Under the pieces are notes generated by a model that saw only the letters and a program-made list of their open reading frames with translations, was not told where the DNA came from and did no database searches. A DNA stretch of 46,388 nt from Methanomicrobiales archaeon (GTDB lineage: Archaea; Halobacteriota; Methanomicrobia; Methanomicrobiales; Methanoculleaceae), in NCBI GenBank assembly GCA_012797575.1, contig JAAZOW010000188.1:1-46388 (forward strand). The letters run 5' to 3'. Made by a program: the position numbers and the translations under genes. Shown in pieces: positions 8,801 through 18,427 of this stretch. Positions within the stretch are counted from its first letter, which is position 1; every line of letters starts with the position of its first letter.

Positions 8801-9573
8801 ATATGGCTGATCCGGCTGCTACCGAGGAGAGGATCGCCGTATCAGGAAACACCCTCACGATCAACCAGAGTGGTCTCGTACTGACCATCGCCGCGAAGAA
8901 CATCAACACGAAGGGCGATGTGGCAAGTGGCCTCATCGAGAGTGTCACCGCGGCAATCGCTCCCGTTTCCAGGAATATCGAGGGCGTGGGGATCGTAACC
9001 GCATCTCTCGATCTCAACCTCACCGGTATACCGGCGGCTGACGGTCGACTTAATATCACATTCAACGCCACCCCGGATGTAGCAACGGCAAACGCTTTCA
9101 CCCTTGCCGCTACGGAGGAGAATGAAGAGATCACTGCTCTTGCCTACACCATGACTGTCACGCGGACCAATCTGGAGAACGGTGAAGATATCGCTGGAGC
9201 GATGATCCGGATGACCATAAACCCCGAATGGGTGGAGGAGCACGGCGGCGCTGATGCCCTCAGGATCGCACGATTCGCAGAGGACGGTACATACCAGATA
9301 CTCGAGACGCGGGTTACCGGGACCGATGAGGGCGAGAACCTGATCGTCGAGGCGATCTCACCTGGCGGCCTATCGACCTTCGGGCTGCTGGCGGTCGTGG
9401 CGGCACCTGCTCCCATGGTACAGGATCCCCTGACAACCTCCGTAGCCACAGATACGCCCACCCCAGCGGGTACACCGAGCTCCCTCTCATCCCCATTCAT
9501 TCTCACGGCGGGGGGTGTGCTCCTGCTCATCGGAGCGGCGCACCTCGCTTCCAGGAGGAGGGGACAGCCGTGA
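5827..9573 (+). CDS. Large surface protein: PQQ-like beta-propeller + 4 DUF4430 (transcobalamin beta-like) repeats + PGF-pre-PGF-like domain + C-terminal TM
   Basis: Signal peptide from ATG 5827; repeated D..TG..LW propeller motifs; four T/SALGAL...FL.SI.GI...W.Y.VNG....VGA....L.DGD.V..Y repeats; C-terminal ...EAISPGGLSTFGL, TM and RRR. Confidence 0.8.
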   Translation: MKLNRSLLIIGAVLLLLLPVGAASASYPMFHHDEQRTGYVPEDGPQTNAILWVAETAEFADGSPAVHNGKVFVPTWPDMDFNKIGKMGLVCYDATTGVELWTNELGGTDVGSVSGAAIADGQVYLGGTDGRLYCIDEETGEKLWVSDQIDTTGYFGLTSSPLAYGEMIYALSASDGVLHAFRSDGSVAWTFETGNGVLSFTSPAGYDGRIYCAGSRSQIFCIDPATPQSPVWTFSQGGSVKSSPVIGEDGTVYFTTNSRCYALDGTTGTELWNSFVTGTAATPALANGRIYVGAYDGLHCLDAPTGEGVWHFPAGEVNVAPVVAGNLVYAATNEKTGTVYAVDSGTGEEVWSYTLDAPDGGVFAAFFASSPAVSDGVLYIGAENNRFYAFGEGSVPEPGFTGWSGTVRFTDGQTFAVTPFNNESTTYTISRTSALGALDAAAAKGGFNYTIQETDFGPFLYSIGDIAYNETSWDSWLYSVNGVPAEVGAADYPLTDGDVVTYWYGAWGSTPEAASAVVTITASIPVSPEPASVLWNGTVALTKGETFLFTPSNNASASYTIDRTTDLGALAFAAGAGNFTLNASDSWYASMKSFFLEDIAGIANKDWTQENARSWSIFINGAPAPAGLGANALTDGDRVAFYYCPSDPITYAPLIDQADHVILIDIAVRDFAWEGSVSLVNGQTFAVTPFNNESTTYTISRTSALGALDAATAKGGFNYTIQETDFGPFLYSIGDIAYNETSWDSWLYSVNGVPAEVGAADYSLTDGDVVTYWYGAWGSTPEAASAVVTITASITKPGGNGGGDDSGGDSSPSWITVTLESGTFPLTAENSKKIYDVNRQTALGALDAAGVGYTIDDSYYQQYGSLFIDSVKGRKNEGTKGWMYQVNGATSSVGANAQAVRDGDEVIFFWSESMSATPATSTDVISIKVVIRGSSGGSSPDSSSGESSGSSPSPAGGDPADGGDQGSASFLFRLPTGVTIELGEWGQAFSVDMADPAATEERIAVSGNTLTINQSGLVLTIAAKNINTKGDVASGLIESVTAAIAPVSRNIEGVGIVTASLDLNLTGIPAADGRLNITFNATPDVATANAFTLAATEENEEITALAYTMTVTRTNLENGEDIAGAMIRMTINPEWVEEHGGADALRIARFAEDGTYQILETRVTGTDEGENLIVEAISPGGLSTFGLLAVVAAPAPMVQDPLTTSVATDTPTPAGTPSSLSSPFILTAGGVLLLIGAAHLASRRRGQP
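7058..8207 (+). repeat. 340-bp intragenic direct repeat (7058-7397 and 7868-8207)
   Basis: Copies offset by 810 nt; 8 mismatches counted by eye. Confidence 0.9.
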
Positions 9574-11543
9574 AGCGTGGCATCAGCATCCTGCTCGCCA
9601 TCCTGTTCTGCATAGCCTCCTGCGGCGCATACCCCATGAGCCCGGACGATCCGGCCATCCAGACCTCCCTGACCTACCTCCGCAGCTGTCAGAAGAGTGA
9701 CGGAGGTTTCGGGGAAGCAGGACGCGAGAGCAGCCCCGGCACGTCGTCGTGGGCGATAATGGCCGCCGTCGCCGCGGGTGAAGATCCGCGGGAGTGGGTT
9801 ACGGATGGGAATTCGATCATCGACTACCTCCGTTCGATGAACGACGACATCCTGGCAAAAGGAGGGACTGTTGATATCGCCCGCACCATCCTGACGCTGG
9901 TCGCGGTCGAAGAAGACCCCCGTGCCTTCTGCGGGACTGATTACGTCGCGGACCTGGGATCACGAGTGAAACCCAGCGGTCAGGCAGGAGATCATGTCTT
10001 CACGACCGCCTGGGCGGTCATTGCCCTTGCCTCGGTCGGGGAAGATACTAGTGCATCGGCCGCATGGCTGGCATCCCAGCAGAACGCAGACGGAGGCTTT
10101 CCCTGGACACTAGGTGCCGAGAGCGACCCGGATGATACGGGTGCCGTGCTTGAGGCCCTTGCGGCGGCGGGCATCTCCCGCGACGCAACCGTGGTGCAGA
10201 ATGCGTTTACGTACTTGAAGGGGATGCAGCAGGAGGATGGCGGTTTCCACTACGGAGGAACGAGTGCTACGAATTCTGCATCCGATTCTTGGGTCATCCA
10301 GGGCATTGTTGCCGCAGGGGGTAACCCTGAAGAGTGGAGAGTGGGTGAGGTGAGTCTGATTGACCATCTTATCGGTCTGCAGAATCCCGATGGATCGTTC
10401 CGCCACACTGTCCATGTGACCGACAACCCTTGTGGGATGACGGCAAGTGCAGTCCCTGCCCTCCTCGGAAAGCCCTACCCGGTGACCCCTTCAGAGTCTC
10501 TGTCGCCATCATCCGTCCCATCCACACCACGTGCCACGACAATCTCTGCTCCTACCGTACCATCAACCCAAACGCCCGCTCCGGTGGCAACAGGCACCGG
10601 TGAGAGAGTCGTGACGGTGACCGATGACTTTGGAGAGGTCGTCACCATCCATGGAGTGCCGCAGAGGATCGTCTCACTTGCTCCCTCCAACACCGAGATC
10701 CTGTACGCTCTCGGCCTTGAGAACCGGATCGTCGGTGTCACCGACTACTGTAACTATCCGCCGGCAGCCTCTGATGTACCCAAAGTCGGTGGATATAGCA
10801 CCATCAGTATCGAGCGGGTGCTTGCAGCCGATCCCGATCTCGTCTTTGCCGCGATGGGCAATACCGAAGACGTGGTCAATCATCTCCGAAGCCTTGGGCT
10901 GACCATAGTCTCCCTCAACCCTGAGACGATCGACGATGTCCTGTATGATGTTGAACTCCTTGGAAGAGCAACCGGACAGGAGGAACAGGCAGCGGCATGT
11001 GTGGAGGAACTCCGGACTCGCATCCAGGCAGTAACCGAAAAGACCGAAGGATTGCCAGAAAAACCCACGGTTGCCCATGTTATCTGGTATGATCCCATCT
11101 GGGTCAGTGGCCGTGGGACATTTCAGGACGAGGTGATCAGAATGGCCGGGGGTCTCAATGCGTTCGATTCGGTCGAGGGATGGGGTATCGTCGGCCTTGA
11201 AGAGTTCATCACCACGAACCCGGATTGCATTTTCGTCAGCTCAGGCACCGGCATGGACGATGGAGGGGGTGACATCGTCTATGATTACTTCATGAGCGAG
11301 TCCCGGCTGCACCATCTCGATGCAGTCAGGGATGGGCGTATCTTCATCATCGACGCTGATACCATCAGTCGTGGGGGTCCGCGGATCGTTGATGCGCTCG
11401 AGGAGGTGGCCGGAGATCTCCACCCCGATCTCTTTGGATCGAGCACCTCAGACACAATTCCTGTAGCGCAATCCCCGGGTTTCGGTGTGGTTGCGCTCAT
11501 CTGTGCATTTTTCGCTGTCTTCCTGATCAGGGTGAAGAGGTAG
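9570..11543 (+). CDS. Prenyltransferase/squalene-oxidase-repeat (alpha/alpha barrel) domain fused to BtuF-like SBP, PGF-CTERM
   Basis: QKSDGGFG, QNADGGFP, QQEDGGFH and QNPDGSFR repeats; Pro/Thr/Ser linker; SBP domain paralogous to 4432-5478; QSPGFG-TM-RVKR tail. Confidence 0.85.
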   Translation: MKRGISILLAILFCIASCGAYPMSPDDPAIQTSLTYLRSCQKSDGGFGEAGRESSPGTSSWAIMAAVAAGEDPREWVTDGNSIIDYLRSMNDDILAKGGTVDIARTILTLVAVEEDPRAFCGTDYVADLGSRVKPSGQAGDHVFTTAWAVIALASVGEDTSASAAWLASQQNADGGFPWTLGAESDPDDTGAVLEALAAAGISRDATVVQNAFTYLKGMQQEDGGFHYGGTSATNSASDSWVIQGIVAAGGNPEEWRVGEVSLIDHLIGLQNPDGSFRHTVHVTDNPCGMTASAVPALLGKPYPVTPSESLSPSSVPSTPRATTISAPTVPSTQTPAPVATGTGERVVTVTDDFGEVVTIHGVPQRIVSLAPSNTEILYALGLENRIVGVTDYCNYPPAASDVPKVGGYSTISIERVLAADPDLVFAAMGNTEDVVNHLRSLGLTIVSLNPETIDDVLYDVELLGRATGQEEQAAACVEELRTRIQAVTEKTEGLPEKPTVAHVIWYDPIWVSGRGTFQDEVIRMAGGLNAFDSVEGWGIVGLEEFITTNPDCIFVSSGTGMDDGGGDIVYDYFMSESRLHHLDAVRDGRIFIIDADTISRGGPRIVDALEEVAGDLHPDLFGSSTSDTIPVAQSPGFGVVALICAFFAVFLIRVKR

Positions 11544-11562
11544 AGGCGGGGGCGGCAACAGA

Positions 11563-12675
11563 ATGTGGCAGAACCTCGCTCTCCTCTTTTCTCTCATGGT
11601 TGCTGCGGTGGGAGGCTTTGCATGCCCCGTACAGGGGCAGGCGCTATCCGGTGAAATGATATGGCAGTTCGGGACCAACGATCAGGTTTTAGCGGTTGCG
11701 CTCTCAGAAGACGGCCTCTTCGGTGCCACGGTCACAGGGGAGAAGGTATACCTCTTTGACGAGAACGGCACGAAGCTCTGGAGTTACCCGGTGTCGTGCG
11801 GCAGGAGTGTGGCCATATCCTCCGGCGGCGAACACATAGCAGCCGGCGGGGACCACCTCCTGCTTTTTGACCGAAGCGGGGAGGTGCTCCGCCGCTACAT
11901 GCCTGCATCCCGGGTTCAGGGGATTGCCATTGCCGCAGACGGGCAAGCGATCTATGCAGGGACCGGCGCCGGTCTTCAAGTCTTCTTTCCCGAGAGCGAC
12001 CAGACGGCTGCCAGCGCCGCCTGGTCCTCCGGTACAAAAGACCCCATCAGAAGTGTCTCGATAGACAAAGAGGGGTCTGGTGTCGTTGCCGCCGGCGAAT
12101 CGGGGAACATATACTTCTTCAGCGGGGAGGGGCAGCTGCTCTGGAACTACAAGACGGGCAGCAACGGCATCCGGGCGGTCATATCCCATGATGGTCTGGC
12201 GGTAGCTGCGGTGTCGTCCCAGCGAACCATGTACCTCCTCAACAGACATGGGCGGTTGCTCTGGAAATCTCCGATGGACGGCAGAGCTGTGGATATCTCA
12301 CTCTCCGGAGATGGATCGACTCTTGTGCTGGCGGGTGAGGGTATCTCCGTGCTCGGTCGGGATGGAGAGACCTTGTGGAAGGGTGTGCCCGGAGAAGAGA
12401 TCCGGTGTGTCTCCGCATCGCCTGACATGACCCGCATCATCACCGGTGCGCTCGACGGGACTGTATCGGTATTCAGGTTGCAGCCAGAGACTCCCTCCGT
12501 CGGTAGCACGCTATCGCAGGATGCTGCCGCAACCATCGAGCCCCTCCAGACCTCCGTTGCCCCGGATCCGGGGCGGACAGCCCCACAGCAAGGTGCGCTA
12601 CTCCCGCTGGCACCATTGGTCACCGTGAACGCATGCGTTGTAGCGTTGATATGGTGGCGAAGAGAGAAACAGTAA
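11563..12675 (+). CDS. WD40/PQQ-like beta-propeller membrane-anchored protein
   Basis: Signal peptide; repeated VAIS.DG...A and G..LW motifs; C-terminal hydrophobic segment + WWRREK. Confidence 0.8.
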   Translation: MWQNLALLFSLMVAAVGGFACPVQGQALSGEMIWQFGTNDQVLAVALSEDGLFGATVTGEKVYLFDENGTKLWSYPVSCGRSVAISSGGEHIAAGGDHLLLFDRSGEVLRRYMPASRVQGIAIAADGQAIYAGTGAGLQVFFPESDQTAASAAWSSGTKDPIRSVSIDKEGSGVVAAGESGNIYFFSGEGQLLWNYKTGSNGIRAVISHDGLAVAAVSSQRTMYLLNRHGRLLWKSPMDGRAVDISLSGDGSTLVLAGEGISVLGRDGETLWKGVPGEEIRCVSASPDMTRIITGALDGTVSVFRLQPETPSVGSTLSQDAAATIEPLQTSVAPDPGRTAPQQGALLPLAPLVTVNACVVALIWWRREKQ

Positions 12676-12683
12676 TCTGAACC

Positions 12684-13427
12684 ATGTCTCTAAAGGACTC
12701 TATCGGCTGCTCCACCTGTTGCCTGATGGACCGATCTCTTGGGGAGGCGCTCGACCTCGTCGCCAGCCGGACGAGGCTTGCCGAGATCTTCTCAGACGGT
12801 CCGCACTCCCTCTTCTGCTCAGAGGAGATCTGTTACTCCTTCGACCTTCGGTACACGGTCCATGCCCCGACCGCTGATATCAACATAGCATCCGATAACG
12901 AGCACCTGCGGAGGGCGACCATCAGGGTCCTTGCGGATCTCGCAGAAGTCTGCGATCGTATCGGGGCTGCGCGGCTGGTCATCCACCCGGGGCATGTCTG
13001 GGGTGAGGAGGTGCGGGGCGCGGCTACCCGGGCCCTCGATCGTTCGCTCGATGATCTGGCTGATATCCAGAAGGAGATGAGCGTCCAATTCGCCATCGAG
13101 AACATGGGGGCGTGGGATATCTGTTTCTTCCGGGAGCCCGGGTTCATCGACCGCCTCACTGCGCTTGAACTCGGGTTCACCCTTGATGTGGGGCACGCCC
13201 ACGTCAACGGCAATCTGGAGGCATTCCTGGAGAGCGGTGGTGCGATCCACGTTCACCTGCATGACAACTGTGGCAACCGAGACGCTCACCTGGGGTGCGG
13301 CGAAGGAGAGATCGATTTTTCTCATGTACTGCAGGCAATCCCGTGGAACACCACGAAGGTCATCGAACCAACCTCGTTTGATCAATACGAAGGGAGCCTC
13401 GAGCACCTGAGGTCGCTCGTGCCCTGA
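12684..13427 (+). CDS. AP endonuclease 2 / sugar-phosphate isomerase TIM-barrel metalloenzyme
   Basis: TVHAP, VIHPG, AIENM, TLDVGHA, HVHLHD and DAHL..GEG.ID motifs. Confidence 0.85.
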   Translation: MSLKDSIGCSTCCLMDRSLGEALDLVASRTRLAEIFSDGPHSLFCSEEICYSFDLRYTVHAPTADINIASDNEHLRRATIRVLADLAEVCDRIGAARLVIHPGHVWGEEVRGAATRALDRSLDDLADIQKEMSVQFAIENMGAWDICFFREPGFIDRLTALELGFTLDVGHAHVNGNLEAFLESGGAIHVHLHDNCGNRDAHLGCGEGEIDFSHVLQAIPWNTTKVIEPTSFDQYEGSLEHLRSLVP

Positions 13428-13431
13428 ACTT

Positions 13432-13839
13432 TCATGGGTCTCGCCCGAGCAACCGCTTCACTGCCGCACGGAACGTGAGGAACTCTTTTGAGATCTCAGC
13501 CCCCTGAGAGCCCGGGTAGGCGTTAGCACCCCGGGCGGTGACGCGATGGCCATCGATCTCCAGCCGCAGGTGCCAGTAGGTGACATCGCAGCAGGAGTGG
13601 GCGGAGACATACTCCTGCTCCCACTCCCAGACACCAAGCCGGTCTGTGGTCTCCAGGAACCGCGCCCACTCCTCGGGTGTGGGGGATGCCTCCATCACGA
13701 CCCCGGAGTAGCCTCCTCCGCTCGCCCACTCGTAGAGGAGCCTCCCGTCCACGAGCCTGACGTAGAAGGACGGCCCGGCACTCCCGCCGATGTAGAACTC
13801 GAAGACCTCCGGGAGAGTCGGTGCGGTGCACATACTCAT
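13432..13839 (-). CDS. Hypothetical protein
   Basis: Protein-like C-terminal part of the 239-aa ORF (FEFYIGG...W.W...Y...DVTYWHL...G.NAYP); start set at ATG 13839. Confidence 0.65.
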   Translation of the reverse strand: MSMCTAPTLPEVFEFYIGGSAGPSFYVRLVDGRLLYEWASGGGYSGVVMEASPTPEEWARFLETTDRLGVWEWEQEYVSAHSCCDVTYWHLRLEIDGHRVTARGANAYPGSQGAEISKEFLTFRAAVKRLLGRDP

Positions 13840-14038
13840 GGCTATACGAGCAGCAGAGCCAAATACCCTGCGACTAAAAACCCCAGACAGCAGAGCCAGG
13901 CGACATCGGCCCTGCCCGGAGCGGTAGCCATACAGGATGAGGACGGGAAAGAGGCCCCGGGGTAGGCTGCGACGAAAGCGATGACGAGAGGGATACACCC
14001 CCGCCAGATAGATCCTGGAGGCGATGGACCCGATCCCG

Positions 14039-15034
14039 TCAGGTGCGAATAGCAGATCTGGCGGCGGCGATATGCGCTTCCACGAGCAGTCGGGTGCTTG
14101 CCTTCGCATCGCCGCCCTGGGGCGTAAAGCGTGCTCCATCAAAGGCAGCAAAGATCGATCCTATCGCTGCGGCATGCGATCTGGCGTAGCCTCCCTCAAG
14201 TGCAAGGGCGAGAGCCCCCGGCCTCGCCTCCAGCAACATCCCGGTCAGGGCCCCGAAATCCTCGGGATGAAGGAGCATTGAGCCGAATGGATCATCGAAC
14301 GACGCATCCTGCCCCGCCGAGACCACGATGAGGTCCGGATCGAACCGCTGGATCGCAGGGAGGAAGATCTTCTGAAAGACCAGGGCATAGTCGGCTCCGG
14401 TCGAACCTGACTCGAGGGGCGCGTTGATGGTATACCCAACACCCGCGCCGGATCCCTGCTCCTCCGGCCACCCGGTCCCCGGGAAGATCCCCATCTCGTG
14501 TACAGAGCAGTAGAGCACCCGGTCGGAGGTATAAAAGGCCGCTTGTGTCCCGTTTCCGTGATGCAGATCCCAGTCCACGATGGCGATCCGGTCGACCTCA
14601 CGGAGTGCCCGGGCTGTGGCGATGGCAATGTTGTTGAAGAGGCAGAACCCCATGGCCCGGTCAGGCGTGGCGTGGTGTCCGGGTGGACGCACCATAGCAA
14701 AAGAATGCTCCCCGCTGAGCGCCTGCTCCACCGCCTGTTGGGTAGCCCCGACAGCGTACAGCGCTGCATCGAATGATCCCCGGGTGACGTAGGTCTCGGG
14801 GTCGAGGTAGCAAGCCTCGCCTGGAGGGCACGCCCTGCAGAGAGAGTGGATGGTGGCGATGTGCTTGGGGGTGTGCACCAGTGCAAGATCTTCGGGCGGG
14901 GCTTGCTCTGGTGCTATACGCTTGACGCCGTCCGGCACCCCGATGAGGGCGGCCTTGAGGCGCGCCTCCGACTCAGGGTGGTCGGGGTCGTCATGTGCTG
15001 CAAAGGAATCTCCTGTAACGACTGAACTGGGCAC
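14039..15034 (-). CDS. Histone deacetylase family (AcuC/HDAC) protein
   Basis: HPE, RPPGHHA, GFCLFNN, DWDLHHGNGTQ, SAGQD and LEGGY motifs. Confidence 0.92.
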   Translation of the reverse strand: MPSSVVTGDSFAAHDDPDHPESEARLKAALIGVPDGVKRIAPEQAPPEDLALVHTPKHIATIHSLCRACPPGEACYLDPETYVTRGSFDAALYAVGATQQAVEQALSGEHSFAMVRPPGHHATPDRAMGFCLFNNIAIATARALREVDRIAIVDWDLHHGNGTQAAFYTSDRVLYCSVHEMGIFPGTGWPEEQGSGAGVGYTINAPLESGSTGADYALVFQKIFLPAIQRFDPDLIVVSAGQDASFDDPFGSMLLHPEDFGALTGMLLEARPGALALALEGGYARSHAAAIGSIFAAFDGARFTPQGGDAKASTRLLVEAHIAAARSAIRT

Positions 15035-15244
15035 CGCTGATCAGGACTACTTTGTTGGCGCCTGAATATGAACCTTATTGACCGGGCAGGTCTTCGGGAT
15101 CGTCACCAAAGTTCATGCAACCTCCCGCATATCTGACCCCACGGTTCAGTTCTGGTATGGCCGGCGCACCTGCTGGACGAGGTCTCTGATGCATGTCGCA
15201 CCGGCTAACCGGTGGAGCTCTCTTCAGGGCGAGACCTCTCCTGC

Positions 15245-15260
15245 AAAAAACCAAAAAAGA
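15245..15260 (-). terminator. U-tract terminator of the beta-helix gene
   Basis: Minus strand TCTTTTTTGGTTTTTTG ~20 nt after the stop at 15280. Confidence 0.55.
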
Positions 15261-15279
15261 TTGAGATCCTCTATACTGG

Positions 15280-16737
15280 TTACGTGCTGGCAGGTGATAT
15301 CGTCATACCCGCTGTCTGGACGTTTTGGCCACCCTCGACCACGAACGCCTGGGCGGAGTCAGAGAAGATCTCTCCGGTGTACTGGACGTTCTGATTATTC
15401 TTTGCATAGACCAGTGTGTTAACCCGGTCGCCTGAGGCATGGATATCCACGGAAGCGTCGCTGAACTGATTGTTCGTGCCGCCAAGGCTTGCACCTTTAC
15501 CGTCGATCCCGGCAGGATTTTCCAGATGGAAGTCTTTTATCTGGACGTCTTTAGCAAGATCAATCTGAAGGCCGTAGCCGTGGGAGTCGATGCTTGTACA
15601 GTTCTCCATCACCAGGGAGGGCTTGGCCGAGCGGCATGGGACACTGTAGTAGCCGGCGGGTTTCCGATGGGTGTAGTCGGTCTTCCCGGCACCGGTCTCA
15701 CTCTCGACGCAGTTGTAGAGCTTACCGCCGTTGGTGGTGTAGAACCCATACAGGGAGTTGCCCTCCGCGATGCAGTCGAAGAACGTCACATCGGCGTTCG
15801 GGGCGTAGTAGCCGCATCCGAAGTAGTGGGTCGACATATCGCTCTGCTGATAGGGCCTCGCCGGGTAGGGTTTCTGCCCGTTGTCGCGGCTCACGCAGTT
15901 CTCGAGGACACAGTCAACCTTCTTCGGGTCGAACTCAAAGTGGAACCCGGACTCGAGGTTTCCCTCAGCAAGGCAGTTCTTCACCCGAAGCCCCTCGATA
16001 TCGTTTAACTCCGCAAAGTCAAACCCGGTGATCCAGGGATTGAACGCCCCGTACTTACCGCAGTTGATCGCGCTACAGTTCTCATAGCGGACATCCTTGA
16101 TCACCTTGTTCGTCGTCCCCCAGGCGTTGTGGAGGAATCCGTATGTCCCGGTATCCACGACCTTGCAGCCCGTGAACTCTATATCCTGAAGGGTGGGAGC
16201 ATATACCGTTGGGTCGTGGATCAGGAGATAGACCGCCTGAATGCTTGTATCTGCAGTTCCTGTGATGTTGTGGAGCTTCGCATGGCTCGCACGGATGGTC
16301 ATCACACCGAGCCACTTGACGCCACTGCTGTAGCCGGTCCCCTTGACATAAAACCCGTCCAGAGTCACATATTCGCAGTCCACGTTGATACGGCCATCGC
16401 GGGTGAATGATAGATACGTCGCATCCGGACCCTGGCCTGAGAGCGTCGTGCCCGCCTTCGGCACTATGATCCCGGCACAGTTGAACGTGCCATCTGAGAG
16501 GATGGCCGTACCGCCATCAGGCAGTGCAGCGAGTGCCGCCTGGATCTCAACATGGTCATCAACTCCATCACAGATGTAGTCTGCCTGGGCCTTTGACAGT
16601 TCGTTGCTATCACTTGCAGCCACGGTGAGCGTGGCCGGACTTGCAGACTCAGCTGCACTCACCGGAGTGAATACCGGTATAAGGCAGAACACCAGAAGTA
16701 CTGCAGCCAGTCTTAGTATATTTCGTCTGTCTATCAT
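15280..16737 (-). CDS. Secreted right-handed parallel beta-helix protein (pectate-lyase-like fold)
   Basis: Signal peptide; ADYICDGVDDHVEIQAAL...GGT..LS.GTF start; repeated ENC.S.N/NC.AEGN rungs. Confidence 0.8.
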   Translation of the reverse strand: MIDRRNILRLAAVLLVFCLIPVFTPVSAAESASPATLTVAASDSNELSKAQADYICDGVDDHVEIQAALAALPDGGTAILSDGTFNCAGIIVPKAGTTLSGQGPDATYLSFTRDGRINVDCEYVTLDGFYVKGTGYSSGVKWLGVMTIRASHAKLHNITGTADTSIQAVYLLIHDPTVYAPTLQDIEFTGCKVVDTGTYGFLHNAWGTTNKVIKDVRYENCSAINCGKYGAFNPWITGFDFAELNDIEGLRVKNCLAEGNLESGFHFEFDPKKVDCVLENCVSRDNGQKPYPARPYQQSDMSTHYFGCGYYAPNADVTFFDCIAEGNSLYGFYTTNGGKLYNCVESETGAGKTDYTHRKPAGYYSVPCRSAKPSLVMENCTSIDSHGYGLQIDLAKDVQIKDFHLENPAGIDGKGASLGGTNNQFSDASVDIHASGDRVNTLVYAKNNQNVQYTGEIFSDSAQAFVVEGGQNVQTAGMTISPAST

Positions 16738-17251
16738 GCTATTTCAGCCTCTCTGTGAGGTAGAACTACCGTCTTTCAATCACCATATAAATATTTTTTT
16801 AGCAGGATAAAATGAATTCAAAGAGATAATTTGGAATACGGGCAAGTAACATCCAATATATTTCGGATATTGTCCATGAATCAAAAGATAGAGGAACACA
16901 AAAAGATATTATATGATTGGTGGAGCTAAATTCGAAAACCATAAATATTCGCGCCTTCTGATGCCAGACCGCTGGATCTCCCGTTCCCGGGGCGCTTCCA
17001 CACGAGGTGGATGGATATTCGATCGCGTGCGCCGGGACGATCCTGGGGTTCTGACCACCAGCACCTGGAAAACCTCCACCACCACCTGGATGATCGGTAT
17101 CCTGATGTACAGGCACCATACACGCCCAAGATGCGAAGGTTGGCGCCCGGGTGAGCATCTGCTCAGGAACGCATCGCCACCGTCCGCACCCTGACCCAAC
17201 GGTGCATCAGGGCGCAATCTCTATATAGAGAGTCTCCATAGAAACGCCCCT

Positions 17252-18427
17252 ATGCGAGTGGCCTGCCTGACCTTCTGGTTCTACGACTACACCATCCAGA
17301 TGGCAAACGAACTTGCCCGGCACGCCGAGGTGCTGCTCCTGCTCCCTGACTACAGGTCAGAGGAGTACCTGGAGGATATCGGTCCGGGGGTCGAGGTCCG
17401 CACCTTCGACTACTCCCGACATGCCGGGCGGTTGGGACCGTCGTGCTACTCGATGATACGGGACATCATCGCCATGATCGATGACTTCAGGCCAGATATC
17501 GTTCACTTTCAGGTGAATAACCCAATGCTCTGCCCGCTCATCCCTATGCTCCGGGGATATCCGCTGGTGGCGACATTCCACGACATCGAACCGCACCCCG
17601 GCGAAGACCACCTCCTGGATATCGGCTCCCTGCTCTACCGATTCACCCTGTTCATATCGAGGGCCTTCGCGGACCGGATCTTTGTACATGGCAACACACT
17701 CAAAGGTATTCTGGTAGAGAAGTACCGCGTCCCTGGCCGGAAGGTACACGTCATACCGATCGGTGAGCACGAGGTGACGCCGTTTACAAAGCATGCGCAG
17801 GAAGGATTGAAGCCGCCAGGGCCCCGGGTGCTCTTTTTTGGTCGCATTCATCGTTACAAGGGACTTGACTGTCTGATCCAGGCGGAACCACTCATCACCA
17901 GGGAGATCCCGGATGTCCGGATCGTCATCGCCGGCACGGGCGAAGACTTCGGGAAGTATGAGGAGATGATGGCGGGCCGGGGGGTATTCGAGGTCTACAA
18001 CTACAGGATACCCTACGAAGAGGGTGCCCGGCTCTTCCAGCAGGCGAGCGTCGTGGCACTCCCGTATCTTGAGGCATCCCAGAGCGGTGTCGTACCAACC
18101 GCATACGGGTTCAAGAGACCGGTGGTGGTCACGGATGTGGGGGGCCTGCCAGAGATCGTGGACGACGGCACGACCGGATATATCGTCCCACCCCGAGACC
18201 CGGCTGCGCTTGCTGATGCCATCGTGAGCCTCCTCAAGGACCCGGAGGCGTGCCGGCGCATGGGAGAACAGGGCTACACAAAGCTGAAGACCGATATGGC
18301 CTGGTCCACGATCGCCGCATCTCTCCTTGCGGTCTACAACGAACTGGCTCCACCTCCAGGGGATGGGAGATCCTCTGCAGGAGGGGCTGCAGGTCTGGTA
18401 GTGCCTGCTATCGATGAAGAACCATGA
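17252..18427 (+). CDS. Glycosyltransferase family 4
   Basis: LFFGRIHRYKGLD, ALPYLEASQSGV and PVVVTDVGGLPEIV motifs. Confidence 0.92.
   Translation: MRVACLTFWFYDYTIQMANELARHAEVLLLLPDYRSEEYLEDIGPGVEVRTFDYSRHAGRLGPSCYSMIRDIIAMIDDFRPDIVHFQVNNPMLCPLIPMLRGYPLVATFHDIEPHPGEDHLLDIGSLLYRFTLFISRAFADRIFVHGNTLKGILVEKYRVPGRKVHVIPIGEHEVTPFTKHAQEGLKPPGPRVLFFGRIHRYKGLDCLIQAEPLITREIPDVRIVIAGTGEDFGKYEEMMAGRGVFEVYNYRIPYEEGARLFQQASVVALPYLEASQSGVVPTAYGFKRPVVVTDVGGLPEIVDDGTTGYIVPPRDPAALADAIVSLLKDPEACRRMGEQGYTKLKTDMAWSTIAASLLAVYNELAPPPGDGRSSAGGAAGLVVPAIDEEP

Noticed and set aside
16860-16873. 14-mer ATTTCGGATATTGT also present in the aro leader (36649-36662, minus)
   Set aside because: A single 14-bp match is expected by chance in a window this size, and the two loci have no functional link.
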